A stretch of 64,000 bases of DNA from Euryarchaeota archaeon UBA256 (GCA_002494645.1 DACE01000033.1:143024-207023); one strand, 5' to 3'. Numbered from the stretch's first letter, positions 1 to 10,417 are shown. Numbers and translations are program-made. Notes: a model not told the origin generated them from the sequence alone.

Positions 1-2360
1 CAACCCGTATGTGGATGCAGTCCATGACCTACGATGCAATGCTGAATGCCTATGAAAACCGCCAACCCGGAGATACTTATCAGGCGCTCAGCGATGCAGC
101 GTACTCCCGATCAAGGGCGGATTGGATTATTGGTATGAACGGCTCCCGGGTTGCAACCCGATTGCCACAAAACAGAGACAGGTCTGCTAACTCCTTGGGA
201 CGTGTTCAAACCGCCACACTCGCCCTCGTCGTGGACCATGAAATCGAAGTGCTCTCGCACATACCCGTCCCTTACTGGCAACTCAACGGAACGTTTTCTG
301 CCAACGATGCAGTGTGGACGGCTCGTTGGGAACGCACAGGTCACAAAGACGACAATGAGCGTCCTGAATACAAGGCACATCGTATCATGGACGTCACGGA
401 AAAAGAAGCGATTGAGGCTGTTCTCACCGATAATGGCTCCTTCTCTACCGAAGAGAAAAGTCGTACGAAGAAAGAACAACCTCCTTTCAATTTCGACCTC
501 ACGACCCTACAAAAAAGAGCGAATAGCATGTGGTCATGGTCAGCAAAACGAACGCTCGGTGTGGCCCAAGACCTCTACGATAAGTTCAAACTCACGACTT
601 ACCCCCGAACCGATTCAAAGTATCTAACCGAAGACATGCATGAAACGGTCGCAAAGACACTCGACGATCTTTCGAGCCAATCGAATTATTCTGAACACGT
701 CAAGCGCCTTCAAACTGATGGTTTGGCAAATGCAAAGCGCAACTTCAACAATTCGAAGGTATCAGATCACTACGCCATTGTACCTACTGGACAAAACCCT
801 CCCCTTAATTTTGGAGGCGACCATGCTAAACTCTACGATATGATCGTACGAAATTTCTTGGCATCATGGCACCCCATAGCTGAATGGACCGTCACCAAAC
901 GAACATCAACCAAATCTGGGCATCAATTCATCAAGGAAGTTGAACGCTTGGCCGTGCCTGGATGGCGTGCTGTCGTCGCAAAGAAGGACAAAGTGCCAGA
1001 GGGTTGGGGCAATCTCAGTAGTAATCCCTGTGAAACAACGCTTGATTCTCATGAATTCTCAGAAGAGAAAAGCAAGCCAAAAAATAGACTCAAGGAAGCA
1101 AGCCTGCTCCAACTCATGGAGCATGCTGGCAAACATATCGATGATGAGGAGCTTGCAGAAGCGATCAAAGAAAAAGGATTGGGGACGCCTGCAACACGTG
1201 CTGATACCATTGAAAAGCTGTTGGGCCGCAACTACATTCGTAGATCACGCAACGGTACCATCAGTGCATCGCCTCATGGAATCAGGATGATTGACGTACT
1301 TCGCCGTATTCCGGTCGAATGGATTACCTCGCCCGAATTGACCGGGGACATGGAAGCCTCGCTGCTCTCTGTTCAACGCGGTGAAGCACCGATGGAAACC
1401 TACATGGAAAAAATCATCCAACAAACTCAAACAATGGTTGAACGGATTCGAGACCACGACCGAAGCACCCTCTATCTTGACGAGCCAAGCCTAGGCGAAT
1501 GCCCATCTTGCAGCGGAGCAATTATGGAAAATACTCTGGCTTACCAGTGCGAAAAGAATGAGGGAAGAAACAAAGGATGTCCGTTTGTCTTCTGGAAAGA
1601 CACTTCCGGTCGTTGGTTTGACCGCAACACTGCTTCACTACTCATAGAGAACAGTTCCCTTGACGACCTCCATGGATTCTTTTCTCAGGCAGGAGAAGGG
1701 TACGAAACATCTGTAGTACTTTCAAAGGATGGAAAGGTCACAACCAAAGGCGGTGCTGGCGGGGGTACCAGTGAAGACGACGAAGTATTGTGCCCATGTC
1801 CGGTATGTGACCACGGATCAATCCGAATTACAACCAACGCCTATAATTGTGACAACACCGAATGTACCTTCCGAGGAATGCAGAACGTCATGTGCAAGAG
1901 ATTGATTACGCCAGATGAGGCAAGACCTATTTTCACCGATGGAAAATCCGTTCTTCTTGAGGAATTCACGTCAAAGCGAAATAAACCGTTCAATGCTTTT
2001 CTCATGCTTGATAAGAATCGTGTGAAATATGATTTCCCTCCGCGTGCTGCCGCTGCAGATGCCAAACGCTTCACCGTAGTTCCTGGCGTGGTGGCAATTT
2101 GCCCCCAAACAAAGGCCAACATCATTGAAACTGAGACACATTATACAACAGAAGATAATTCAACGAATTGTAAAATACACATTGAGCGATGTATTTCGAA
2201 GCGAGACATTACACGAGAGGAAGCAAAAACGCTCATTGAAACAGGCACAGTAGGTCCTTTTGATGATTTCACTTCCAAGAAGACAAATAACCCCTTTGCA
2301 GCCTCATTATACCTGAAAAAGAATCAGGCCGTTGGATATAAGTTTGCCAAACGGTCATGA
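1..2360 (+). CDS. Type IA DNA topoisomerase (topoisomerase III-like), N-terminus cut off by window edge
   Basis: The frame is open to base 1. GRVQTATL and the active-site Tyr motif TYPRTDSKYL are present. There are Cys-rich zinc ribbons (CPSCSG..., CPCPVCDHG...CDNTEC). Two copies of the C-terminal topoisomerase repeat occur (FTSKRNKPFNAFLML / FTSKKTNNPFAASLYL). Confidence 0.85.
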   Translation, partial: TRMWMQSMTYDAMLNAYENRQPGDTYQALSDAAYSRSRADWIIGMNGSRVATRLPQNRDRSANSLGRVQTATLALVVDHEIEVLSHIPVPYWQLNGTFSANDAVWTARWERTGHKDDNERPEYKAHRIMDVTEKEAIEAVLTDNGSFSTEEKSRTKKEQPPFNFDLTTLQKRANSMWSWSAKRTLGVAQDLYDKFKLTTYPRTDSKYLTEDMHETVAKTLDDLSSQSNYSEHVKRLQTDGLANAKRNFNNSKVSDHYAIVPTGQNPPLNFGGDHAKLYDMIVRNFLASWHPIAEWTVTKRTSTKSGHQFIKEVERLAVPGWRAVVAKKDKVPEGWGNLSSNPCETTLDSHEFSEEKSKPKNRLKEASLLQLMEHAGKHIDDEELAEAIKEKGLGTPATRADTIEKLLGRNYIRRSRNGTISASPHGIRMIDVLRRIPVEWITSPELTGDMEASLLSVQRGEAPMETYMEKIIQQTQTMVERIRDHDRSTLYLDEPSLGECPSCSGAIMENTLAYQCEKNEGRNKGCPFVFWKDTSGRWFDRNTASLLIENSSLDDLHGFFSQAGEGYETSVVLSKDGKVTTKGGAGGGTSEDDEVLCPCPVCDHGSIRITTNAYNCDNTECTFRGMQNVMCKRLITPDEARPIFTDGKSVLLEEFTSKRNKPFNAFLMLDKNRVKYDFPPRAAAADAKRFTVVPGVVAICPQTKANIIETETHYTTEDNSTNCKIHIERCISKRDITREEAKTLIETGTVGPFDDFTSKKTNNPFAASLYLKKNQAVGYKFAKRS

Positions 2361-2411
2361 GGGACTTCTCCGTAAAGGAAGGTTGAAACAATACCTTTCA
2401 CACGAAGAGAT

Positions 2412-3626
2412 ATGGACACCTACCACTACGATGTCGTCATCGTCGGTGCGGGACCTATCGGAGGAAGGTCTGCTGAACTTCTTGCTGAAACCGGACTCTC
2501 GGTCTTGATGCTCGAGGAGCACACAGAAATCGGGCGTCCGTTCCAGTGCGCTGGTTTGGTGACCCCGTCTGCAATGAAGGTTGTAGAAGCGTATGATACA
2601 GTTCTCGAGGAAGTGGATGGAGCATTGATTCATGGGCCAAGTGGAACCCTCGTCCCCGTCGGTACAGAAGGTGTACTGAGAACCTATGTTGTTTGCAGAA
2701 AGCGCTTCGACCAATTTGTTGTTCAAAAGGGCATGGAAGCAGGAGCTCATATGTGGCTGAATTCATCCCCAATCGATGCTACAATTGAAAACGAGGGAGC
2801 AACGATTGTTGTCAAAAAGGACGGAACAGAAGTTACCGTTCGATGCAAATTGATCATCGGTGCGGATGGCGCACACAGTTGGACACGCCGTTATTTCAAA
2901 ATGGGACGACCCAAAGAATTGATGATTGGATTTCAGACAGAAGTCGTCGGATATCAAGGACGTGAACGCTGGCTGGAGATGTACAGCGGTGAAAGCATCG
3001 CACCTGGATTCTTTGCGTGGGTAATTCCATCTGGTTTTGGAACCCATCGAATTGGATTGTGGTCAACCGCAGACCGACTTAACGGGAGAAGCATTGAATC
3101 ATGCTACCAAGACCTGCTTGACCATCCCCTCTGGAAGGATAGATTCAGCGAAACTCAAGAAATAGCACGATATTGTGGACCCGTACCTTCTGGTATGGTC
3201 AAAAAAACTGTCAAGGAACGTGTGATGTTACTCGGTGACGCTGCAGGCATGGCAAAACCCACAACCGGGGGTGGCATCGGTCCGGGATTCCACCAAATAC
3301 AGTGCATATTGACACCACTCGTAGATGCGGTCAACAAGAATGATTTGTCAGAATCGCGATTGCGTGCCATCACGAAAAAACCCTGGGAAGCAATGAAAAA
3401 AGAACAGGATAGAGCTCGTGCTTTACGAAATCTCTTGGTCAGCGATTGTAGTGATAATAAACTCGACCAGCATTTCATGAACTTTGCTCATCCTGACACA
3501 CTGCAACTCATCAATGAGGTCGGTGATATTGAGAAACCCGTCCCACTCGGCATGGCCTTGTTGCGAAATGTACCAGCATTCCGACCTCTCGCTCTCAAAG
3601 CAGGGGTTCGTCTTCTTTTGAGTTAG
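2412..3626 (+). CDS. FAD-dependent geranylgeranyl reductase family protein (archaeal lipid saturation)
   Basis: N-terminal dinucleotide fold YDVVIVGAGPIGG. The GADGAHS and LLGDAAGMAKPTTGGGI motifs are typical of GGR-family flavoproteins. Length is ~400 aa. Confidence 0.8.
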   Translation: MDTYHYDVVIVGAGPIGGRSAELLAETGLSVLMLEEHTEIGRPFQCAGLVTPSAMKVVEAYDTVLEEVDGALIHGPSGTLVPVGTEGVLRTYVVCRKRFDQFVVQKGMEAGAHMWLNSSPIDATIENEGATIVVKKDGTEVTVRCKLIIGADGAHSWTRRYFKMGRPKELMIGFQTEVVGYQGRERWLEMYSGESIAPGFFAWVIPSGFGTHRIGLWSTADRLNGRSIESCYQDLLDHPLWKDRFSETQEIARYCGPVPSGMVKKTVKERVMLLGDAAGMAKPTTGGGIGPGFHQIQCILTPLVDAVNKNDLSESRLRAITKKPWEAMKKEQDRARALRNLLVSDCSDNKLDQHFMNFAHPDTLQLINEVGDIEKPVPLGMALLRNVPAFRPLALKAGVRLLLS

Positions 3627-3633
3627 GTGATCC
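3625..3633 (+). promoter_or_regulatory. Shine-Dalgarno site (AGGTGATCC) for the GTG-initiated gene at 3635
   Basis: A 9-nt match to the complement of the archaeal 16S 3' end. It overlaps the GGR stop codon and ends 1 nt before the GTG. Confidence 0.5.
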
Positions 3634-3634
3634 T

Positions 3635-4777
3635 GTGGTCGAACTCAAAGAAATTCAGCGTATCCGTTACCCTCCCTTTGAGGCGTCTCGATGGATTCCC
3701 TCTGCACTACCAATTGCTCAACGGACTGCTTCCATAGGAGATTTTGAGTCGAAGGCAGAGGCTCAAAGCTTCCTCAATACCAAAGGCCCGTCGGTTCAAA
3801 TTGGTGAAGAAGATTCATGGCTAATTGAACGGAGTTACAGATACGGCGAAGATGAACTCCATCCCATCAGCGAACTGGCTGTATTGGAACACGAAACCTT
3901 CCCGAATGTCGTGTACAGACAACGCCAAGGTTGGTATCTTATTCCTAATCCAATTCACAATATATTGCGGAAATTTATCAACGGTGTTGTCGTTATCCTC
4001 TTGCTTAGCCTGGCTTATCTCTTCATTTCTCCCATCCTTATCTTCCTCTCAATTCCAGTGTACGGAATTGAAACGGTTCGTTGGGGTTTGTTGGACTACC
4101 CCTCCCTTGCAGTTGTCGTTGTACCGTTAATTTTTGCACCCTTAATCGTGAGAGTATGTGCGAATTTACTTGAACTTAGGAGGCAGAATTCCTTTCTCAA
4201 ACGTGGACTAAAATCTCCTACGATCAAGTTTCTCAAATCGAGTATTTCTGACCAAGCGCTTGAATTCGACCTGATATTTCCAGAATGGGATGATGGCTGG
4301 AAGCATGTAGATGTCATGTGGAGAGTTGGTGTTCTACCTCCTGCTAGAGAAGTGTTATTCAAGGAACTCGCCCGTGAAGTCACTCGCCAACCGCCTCCAG
4401 GTCTAGCAACCGAATTACCGCATCATTGGGAAGAGGGTTTAGATGACGGAACTGCAGGTGGGGAGGATGCTCCTATGGAGCTCCAAGATGTCAAAGGAGG
4501 CTTCTATCTCCGCCCCATGCGAATAATGTCATCTGGAGGAAGCCAGCGATGGGATGATGGGAAATCAATCTGCCTCTCACCCCCCGAACCCATTTGGCCA
4601 GGAACCCTCAATTCCGACTTGATTCGCATCCATTGGGAATGCATTATACGGATTGAGCGGGAACAAAAAGGTGCTCTTCTTTGGGTTCAACCTCTCAAGG
4701 TCGCTCATTCAAAAACATTAGACAGAATCACCGATTTACCACTGCACGATGGCCGTTCCGAATTGGACATTAGATAA
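3635..4777 (+). CDS. Hypothetical membrane protein (3 predicted TM helices, soluble N- and C-terminal domains)
   Basis: Long ORF with a strong SD. Hydrophobic segments VVVILLLSLAYLFISPILIFLSIPVY and LAVVVVPLIFAPLIV. No recognisable catalytic motif. Confidence 0.55.
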   Translation: MVELKEIQRIRYPPFEASRWIPSALPIAQRTASIGDFESKAEAQSFLNTKGPSVQIGEEDSWLIERSYRYGEDELHPISELAVLEHETFPNVVYRQRQGWYLIPNPIHNILRKFINGVVVILLLSLAYLFISPILIFLSIPVYGIETVRWGLLDYPSLAVVVVPLIFAPLIVRVCANLLELRRQNSFLKRGLKSPTIKFLKSSISDQALEFDLIFPEWDDGWKHVDVMWRVGVLPPAREVLFKELAREVTRQPPPGLATELPHHWEEGLDDGTAGGEDAPMELQDVKGGFYLRPMRIMSSGGSQRWDDGKSICLSPPEPIWPGTLNSDLIRIHWECIIRIEREQKGALLWVQPLKVAHSKTLDRITDLPLHDGRSELDIR

Positions 4778-4814
4778 TCAACACATTCATGGATGTCAAT
4801 GCCTTGCATCTTTC

Positions 4815-7800
4815 ATGGACAAGCGAAAAGCGTCTGCTTTCTTCTTTGTCGCCATCATGCTTCTAGCAGGGTGTATGAGTGGTAGTGACCCTGCTCCGAT
4901 TGAAGAAGTCATCATTGAAACCTATACCATTGAGCCTACCTGGGTTCTATCTCCAAATGCCATTCAATTGGGTGATGAGGCTACCTTTTTACTCAATGTT
5001 GAGCAACAGGGGACGGGAGAATATTCCATCGAGCCGACCGTACTTCTTCCATCATTTGCGACGCTGAATGTCTTTGACTGGACACAGCAAGATGGTACTG
5101 AATCCACGAAGACATACCAATTATCGTTCATCCCTGCCTCAGTAGGTGAACATATTATTTCAATCGCTTTTGCAAATCAAGGTTCAAACAACTTAGTGCC
5201 ACAACCAGCAAAAATGGTCCACGTACTGACCGTGCTACAACCTGATGAACCGGCACCCATCCTCACCGTTCCCGCACAATTGGTTTTAGAAGAGCCTAAT
5301 TTGGTGTGGTTTGAAGGTAGCATAGAACACACCGACTCAAATTCCTGTGCTATAACATACACCGTTACAGATGGAAATTCTGGTCAAATTAGCCTTAATG
5401 AACAAGAAACATGGAAAGTGCTGCTCGATTTTACCGAGGCTACTTCATCCCACACCATTACCACTGTAGCCACATGCGGAGTCTACACAATTCTAAGCGA
5501 CACGACGGTCACTCAGGTGATTATTGAAGGTGCAGGGGATGATGAAGATGGAGACGGTATTCAAAATGCTAATGACCTCTGTCCAACAGGATATGGAGCA
5601 AATGAAGGTTGGCAATCGACACTTACAACCGACGGAGATCGTGATGGGTGTCGAGATAATGATGAAGACGAAGATGACGACAACGACGGAATCATTGACC
5701 TTTATGATGGATGTCCAACATCCTACGGATGGATTAGCACCCCAAGTGCCGACTACGATTACGATGGTTGCCATGATGCCGATGAAGACGATGATGATGA
5801 TGGAGACGGGGTTTTGGATCTCGATGACTCTTGCCCAATTGGTCGGAAAGGGTGGGCATCCAACCGGTACAGCGACTGGGACAATGATGGTTGTTCGGAC
5901 CTCGACGAAGATGACAACGACGACAACGATGACCTACGAGACGAAATTGATGACTGTCCAAAGGGAGTTGCAGAATGGCAATCAAACAATACAACGGATT
6001 GGGACCATGATGGATGTCACGATTTCAATGAGGATGAGGACGATGATAACGACGGAGTCAATGATGTTAATGCGACTGGTTCTACACTTGATTTATGCCC
6101 TCAAACACCCAAAAACGCCACTGATATCAACGAATTTGGGTGTGCTGCACTTCAACGTGACACTGATGGAGACGGAGTAAATGACTTTGTTGACCAGTGT
6201 GAGGGGACACCTACAGGACTTCAAGTGAATTCTCTCGGCTGTGCTGATTTAGACGGCGATGGCGTCTTCGCCAATGTTGACCTCTGCCCGCAATCACCCG
6301 ACAGATGGAGCGTCAATGCTGTAGGTTGTGCAGTCGTCCAAGAGCCAGTGGCTTGGACAGACAGCACCAGCCTCAACGGTCCGATGCAAACTGTTCCACA
6401 ATTCAGTTTTCCTACCCTCAATGGCACATACAACTTCAAAAACCGCTGGAGCGGACATGATGTCTACTTTTTCATGTTCAAGTATACCGATTCCAGCGGT
6501 AATTCGAACACTGGAACGTGGGGGCAAAACCCTGGTAAATTCATACGCAATTTACCAGAAAATACACAACTCTTCTACGGTTCATTTGATAACAGTTATC
6601 ACAACGATATAATTTCTCAGCGTAATACAGTTTTGGCAGGATTAACCGCATCTGAAGAAGCGTATTGGGACTCACGCATCCATTATATCGACATGGATGC
6701 GAGTAATCTTGGAGGTGGCATAGGCTCCATCATCTCATCCTTCAACAATCCATTCTTTGTTGGAATTGACCGCTTCCAACTAGCAAGAGAGACCGGTTCA
6801 CTCTACGCTTGGACTTCTCAATCCAATGATCCGTTCCATCTCTCCTTTGAGCCCAATCAATGGGTTGCAGAATTCCCAACCAAGATTCGTCAGCATGACC
6901 CCGCAGTACATGCAGTGACGATCATGGACTTTCAAAGGCACACGGGTGGCTGGGGAGGGGGTTACTCTGAATTTGCCAACGCGACAATGAACCTACCCCA
7001 AGATTTGACATCGTATGACACCCTTGAAGTGTACCATGAACATGCCTGTTATGAACGTAAAAATCGCTATCAAAACTCAGACCAGTCCTACGGAGGATGC
7101 CACGAGTGGGATTACCTCGCCTACCTCTATGTCTGTGATGAAATGAACAATTCAATATGCAATACCGAGATGGTTCGATGGATAACTACCTACGGAAGAG
7201 AAGGTATGTGGTTAACAGACATTAGCCCCTATCTTTTCATGCTCAATGATGGAGAAGATCGACGATTTAAGTATGCAGGAGCGAATAAGGGAGATCTTAC
7301 TGTCACTTTCCTCTTCAGTGATTGGGGAAGTGGAACTCGCGCAACCAATGCCACCTACGCATTCAGCGGGGGGCAGTTTGATGGCACATACAATAACGAA
7401 TCTCGCTATCTTCGCCAACTTAATTTCACGACACCTGCATGGGCAACCAGTGTTGAAATTGTCGCTACAATCACCGGCCACGGTTTCAATAAAGACAGTG
7501 CGAATTGTGCTGAATTCTGTGACCACCAGCATTATTACACCATGGGAAGTCATCAAACATACGAATGGCATCCTATCGTATACAGCAGTGAAGGTTGCGA
7601 AAATGAAGTCAACAATGGGGTTGTTGCCAATCAATTTGGTTCATGGCCATTTGGAAGAGCGGGTTGGTGTGCAGGACAAGATGTCAAGCAGTGGAGGTAT
7701 GACATCACGGACTGGGTTGACAATTCAACCAATAATACGAATCATCTCACCTACAGAGGCTATTACAACGGTGCGGAATATGTCCCCTCTGACGGAATCG

Positions 7801-7880
7801 GGAACGGTGGACGTAACATACGTGCTGTCGTTTGGGTTGTATTTTATGGTCCCACAACGGGTGTTGGAGCAGCAAGTTGA
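4815..7880 (+). CDS. Secreted lipoprotein with Ig-like N-terminal region, thrombospondin-type-3 Ca-binding repeat array and C-terminal PNGase F-like domain
   Basis: ATG at 4815 gives a signal peptide plus lipobox (FFFVAIMLLAGC). There are more than 10 DxDxDGxxDxxD-type repeats. The C-terminal segments CHEWDYLAYLYV, ATITGHGF..CAEFCDHQH and FGRAGWCAGQD parallel PNGase F segments CDEWDRYANVYV, TTISGWGH..CAEWCFRTH and DRAGWCPGM. Confidence 0.75.
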   Translation: MDKRKASAFFFVAIMLLAGCMSGSDPAPIEEVIIETYTIEPTWVLSPNAIQLGDEATFLLNVEQQGTGEYSIEPTVLLPSFATLNVFDWTQQDGTESTKTYQLSFIPASVGEHIISIAFANQGSNNLVPQPAKMVHVLTVLQPDEPAPILTVPAQLVLEEPNLVWFEGSIEHTDSNSCAITYTVTDGNSGQISLNEQETWKVLLDFTEATSSHTITTVATCGVYTILSDTTVTQVIIEGAGDDEDGDGIQNANDLCPTGYGANEGWQSTLTTDGDRDGCRDNDEDEDDDNDGIIDLYDGCPTSYGWISTPSADYDYDGCHDADEDDDDDGDGVLDLDDSCPIGRKGWASNRYSDWDNDGCSDLDEDDNDDNDDLRDEIDDCPKGVAEWQSNNTTDWDHDGCHDFNEDEDDDNDGVNDVNATGSTLDLCPQTPKNATDINEFGCAALQRDTDGDGVNDFVDQCEGTPTGLQVNSLGCADLDGDGVFANVDLCPQSPDRWSVNAVGCAVVQEPVAWTDSTSLNGPMQTVPQFSFPTLNGTYNFKNRWSGHDVYFFMFKYTDSSGNSNTGTWGQNPGKFIRNLPENTQLFYGSFDNSYHNDIISQRNTVLAGLTASEEAYWDSRIHYIDMDASNLGGGIGSIISSFNNPFFVGIDRFQLARETGSLYAWTSQSNDPFHLSFEPNQWVAEFPTKIRQHDPAVHAVTIMDFQRHTGGWGGGYSEFANATMNLPQDLTSYDTLEVYHEHACYERKNRYQNSDQSYGGCHEWDYLAYLYVCDEMNNSICNTEMVRWITTYGREGMWLTDISPYLFMLNDGEDRRFKYAGANKGDLTVTFLFSDWGSGTRATNATYAFSGGQFDGTYNNESRYLRQLNFTTPAWATSVEIVATITGHGFNKDSANCAEFCDHQHYYTMGSHQTYEWHPIVYSSEGCENEVNNGVVANQFGSWPFGRAGWCAGQDVKQWRYDITDWVDNSTNNTNHLTYRGYYNGAEYVPSDGIGNGGRNIRAVVWVVFYGPTTGVGAAS
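5533..6302 (+). repeat. In-frame array of Asp-rich thrombospondin-type-3-like Ca-binding repeats (coding repeat)
   Basis: Reiterated D-x-D-x-D-G-x-x-D-x-x-D / C-P units (e.g. DEDGDGIQNANDLCP, DGDRDGCRDNDEDEDDDNDGIIDLYDGCP, DTDGDGVNDFVDQC, DLDGDGVFANVDLCP). The GAT/GAC-rich DNA generates long shadow ORFs in other frames. Confidence 0.8.
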
Positions 7881-9031
7881 GCCACATCATCTGAAAGTTG
7901 AACCGTTGAGAGCCAAGCATAATCACTGTCCCTTCGTTGAGGGATAAAACCTGCTCGAACAATCGATGTTTGGAGTTCATATTCCGATGCATCGAGTTTG
8001 CTCGTACCGGATGCCGAAACAACATTCTCTTCCATCATGGTTGAACCAGCATCATCAGCTCCAGCAAGGAGAGCCATTTGTGCAATCTGCAGACCCATCG
8101 TCGGCCAAGAAGCCTGTATATGTTCAACATTGTCAAGATAGAGGCGAGATATGGCAACGTGCCTCAAATATTCTGAAGACCCAGCTCCAAGTGTATGTTT
8201 ATTCTGACCCCGATTCCTACGGCCAAAGGAGTTGACTTCAAGTTGAACAGGCCATGCGATAAATGAAGTAAAACCTGAGCCACCTTTGGCATGAGTCCGG
8301 TCTTGTAGCACACGAATTGCATCCATATGACGAACCCGCTGCTCATTCGATTCACCAAAGCCAATGACATTGGTAGCACTTGTCGTTAAATCCAAAGATT
8401 GGGCTTCTTCCATGACTCTAAGCCAATTTTGAGGTGAGCCTTTTTTGGGTGAAACATCGTTTCGAACTGCATCGACAAGCATTTCGGCACCACCGCCAGG
8501 TAGGCCGTGCATCCCAGCCTCTTTCAGTGAAGAAAGGACCTCAAGGGTCGACATCCCGCAAACATCAGCCAAACCCTCAATTTCAATGGGGCTAAAGCAA
8601 TCCAAGTCAATATTTGGGTGGTTGGTTCTGAGATGCTTGATGAGGTCAATATACCACTGGAAGGGAAGGTCCGGATTGACCCCTCCTTGCATGAGGATAC
8701 GAGAACCATGAATCGCTTCAAGTTCGCTTACCCGCTTAGAGATTTGCTCATAGGTTTGGGTGTAGGTTTCATCGTGACCTGGTGGACGATAAAAGGAACA
8801 AAATTGACAGTTGATCGTACAGACGTTCGTGTAGTTGATATTCCTGTCAACAAGATAGGTCACTTGTCCTCCTGGATGCATCGCCATACGCCGTCGGTGG
8901 GCTGCTTGCATCAATGTGTGGAGGGGAGCAGTGTTATAGAGCAAGGTTGCTTCTTCAATTGACAGACGATGTGCTGAGGCTTCTTCCCTACTCCAGCCGG
9001 CTTGACGCATGAGAATACTTCGCCAATCCAA
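7844..9031 (-). CDS. Radical SAM enzyme of the MqnC/MqnE/CofH family (futalosine-pathway menaquinone biosynthesis type)
   Basis: The CTINCQFCSF (CxxxCxxC) cluster is preceded by NINYTNVC. GSRILMQGGVNPDLP and the overall ~390-aa layout are typical of MqnC/MqnE. The subtype cannot be resolved by eye. Confidence 0.75.
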   Translation of the reverse strand: MDWRSILMRQAGWSREEASAHRLSIEEATLLYNTAPLHTLMQAAHRRRMAMHPGGQVTYLVDRNINYTNVCTINCQFCSFYRPPGHDETYTQTYEQISKRVSELEAIHGSRILMQGGVNPDLPFQWYIDLIKHLRTNHPNIDLDCFSPIEIEGLADVCGMSTLEVLSSLKEAGMHGLPGGGAEMLVDAVRNDVSPKKGSPQNWLRVMEEAQSLDLTTSATNVIGFGESNEQRVRHMDAIRVLQDRTHAKGGSGFTSFIAWPVQLEVNSFGRRNRGQNKHTLGAGSSEYLRHVAISRLYLDNVEHIQASWPTMGLQIAQMALLAGADDAGSTMMEENVVSASGTSKLDASEYELQTSIVRAGFIPQRRDSDYAWLSTVQLSDDVAQLAAPTPVVGP

Positions 9032-9040
9032 GGTATCACC

Positions 9041-10414
9041 TCATTGAAGGGGGACGCCAACAATACTTTCGATGTCTTCAATCGTTTTCGGACAGTCAGC
9101 TGTAAGTACGACTGGTCCATCTTTGGAGACCAAGACATCGTCTTCAATACGAATTCCAATGTTTGCATACCGAGGAGGGCAGTCTACATCGGGCCTCCAT
9201 GCGCCAAAGTAGAGTCCGGGTTCAACCGTCAAGCACATTCCCTCTTCGAGGGTTCGGGGTACGCCACCTGGCTTGTACACGCCTACATCGTGAACATCTA
9301 GGCCAATCCAGTGACTCGTATTGTGCATGTACCAGTTGCCGAGTTCACCCGATTCAGAATTCAATGCTTCATCGAGCGTTTGGGAAATAATTCCCAATTC
9401 AATAAGGCCTTCAGCAAGCACCTTTCGTGCTGCGTCATGGGGTGCTGTATAGGGTTGTCCAACTCTGCATGCATCAATTGCAGCGTATTGTGCCTTCAAT
9501 ACCAAAGCATATATTTCTCGTTGGGCTTCTGAAAACTTCCCAGAAATAGGCCAAGAGCGGGTAATATCGCTGGCGTAACCTCTGAATTCTGCACCAGCAT
9601 CAATCAATATGACCTCATCCCAATTGCATTCATCGCTGTTCACAGTGTAGTGTAGAATCGTTGCATTTTCTCCGCAGCCGACAATGGAAGGGTAAGACCA
9701 ACCAGATCCACCTGCATAAGAAAAGAAGCCTTCAATGACGGATTGAAGTTGGTATTCTGTGACACCTTTGCGGCTGTGACGCATTGCAAGTTCGTGAGCG
9801 AGGCTAGCAACTTTTCCAGAATAGAGCATTTGCTCAATCTCCGATTCAGATTTTCTCAAACGAAGTTCAGCGATTATTGCGGAGGGGTCTTCGATGGTAA
9901 CAGGCCCCGTACCAAAGTGTTGACGCGCACGGTCTCGTTTACGCACGGCTTCGTTGACAAGCTGGTCGACCTCTACATCGACACCACCACGCAAATACAC
10001 TCGTCGAGCATCATTCATCCAGTTTGATAGGTGTTCATCGCGCTCATCGCATGAATAGGCTTCATCAATCGGCCAATCAGTGACTGCTCCTTCTGTACCA
10101 GGCCTGCGACCTTCCCAGATTTCTTTGAGCGTATCCTTTGGTTGAACAAATAGGTACGTCTTCCAAGTACCTTCAACGCACCTCATCACAAGAGTTGCCT
10201 CTGGGTCAACCCACCCTGTGAGGTATAGTAGGTCGCTGGTTGTACGGTAACGATAGTGTACGTCATTAGAATGGGTAGCCATTTTTGGTGAGCAAAGGAT
10301 GAGCAGGTCGTCGCTACGGAATTGGGAAATCAAACGTTGTTGACGCATGCGGAATTCCTGCAGCGGAGTTGAAGCAGGTCGGTCGGGCAAACTTGCGAAG
10401 GCCTCTGCGAACAT
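9041..10414 (-). CDS. Xaa-Pro aminopeptidase (M24B metallopeptidase)
   Basis: N-terminal AMP_N-type domain. Metal-ligand motifs LIDAGAEFRGYASDITR, HNTSHWIGLDVHD, VEPGLY and IGIRIEDDVLV. Confidence 0.85.
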   Translation of the reverse strand: MFAEAFASLPDRPASTPLQEFRMRQQRLISQFRSDDLLILCSPKMATHSNDVHYRYRTTSDLLYLTGWVDPEATLVMRCVEGTWKTYLFVQPKDTLKEIWEGRRPGTEGAVTDWPIDEAYSCDERDEHLSNWMNDARRVYLRGGVDVEVDQLVNEAVRKRDRARQHFGTGPVTIEDPSAIIAELRLRKSESEIEQMLYSGKVASLAHELAMRHSRKGVTEYQLQSVIEGFFSYAGGSGWSYPSIVGCGENATILHYTVNSDECNWDEVILIDAGAEFRGYASDITRSWPISGKFSEAQREIYALVLKAQYAAIDACRVGQPYTAPHDAARKVLAEGLIELGIISQTLDEALNSESGELGNWYMHNTSHWIGLDVHDVGVYKPGGVPRTLEEGMCLTVEPGLYFGAWRPDVDCPPRYANIGIRIEDDVLVSKDGPVVLTADCPKTIEDIESIVGVPLQ

Positions 10415-10417
10415 GTT

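Noticed and set aside
5493-6180. Long alternative-frame and antisense ORFs (5524-6180 +, 5493-5774 -, 5734-5994 -, 5759-5989 -) rich in M/T/H or S residues
   Set aside because: They lie entirely inside the GAT/GAC-rich TSP3 repeat-coding array. Their low-complexity translations are the expected shadow of Asp-codon repeats. The main frame has clear domain structure.
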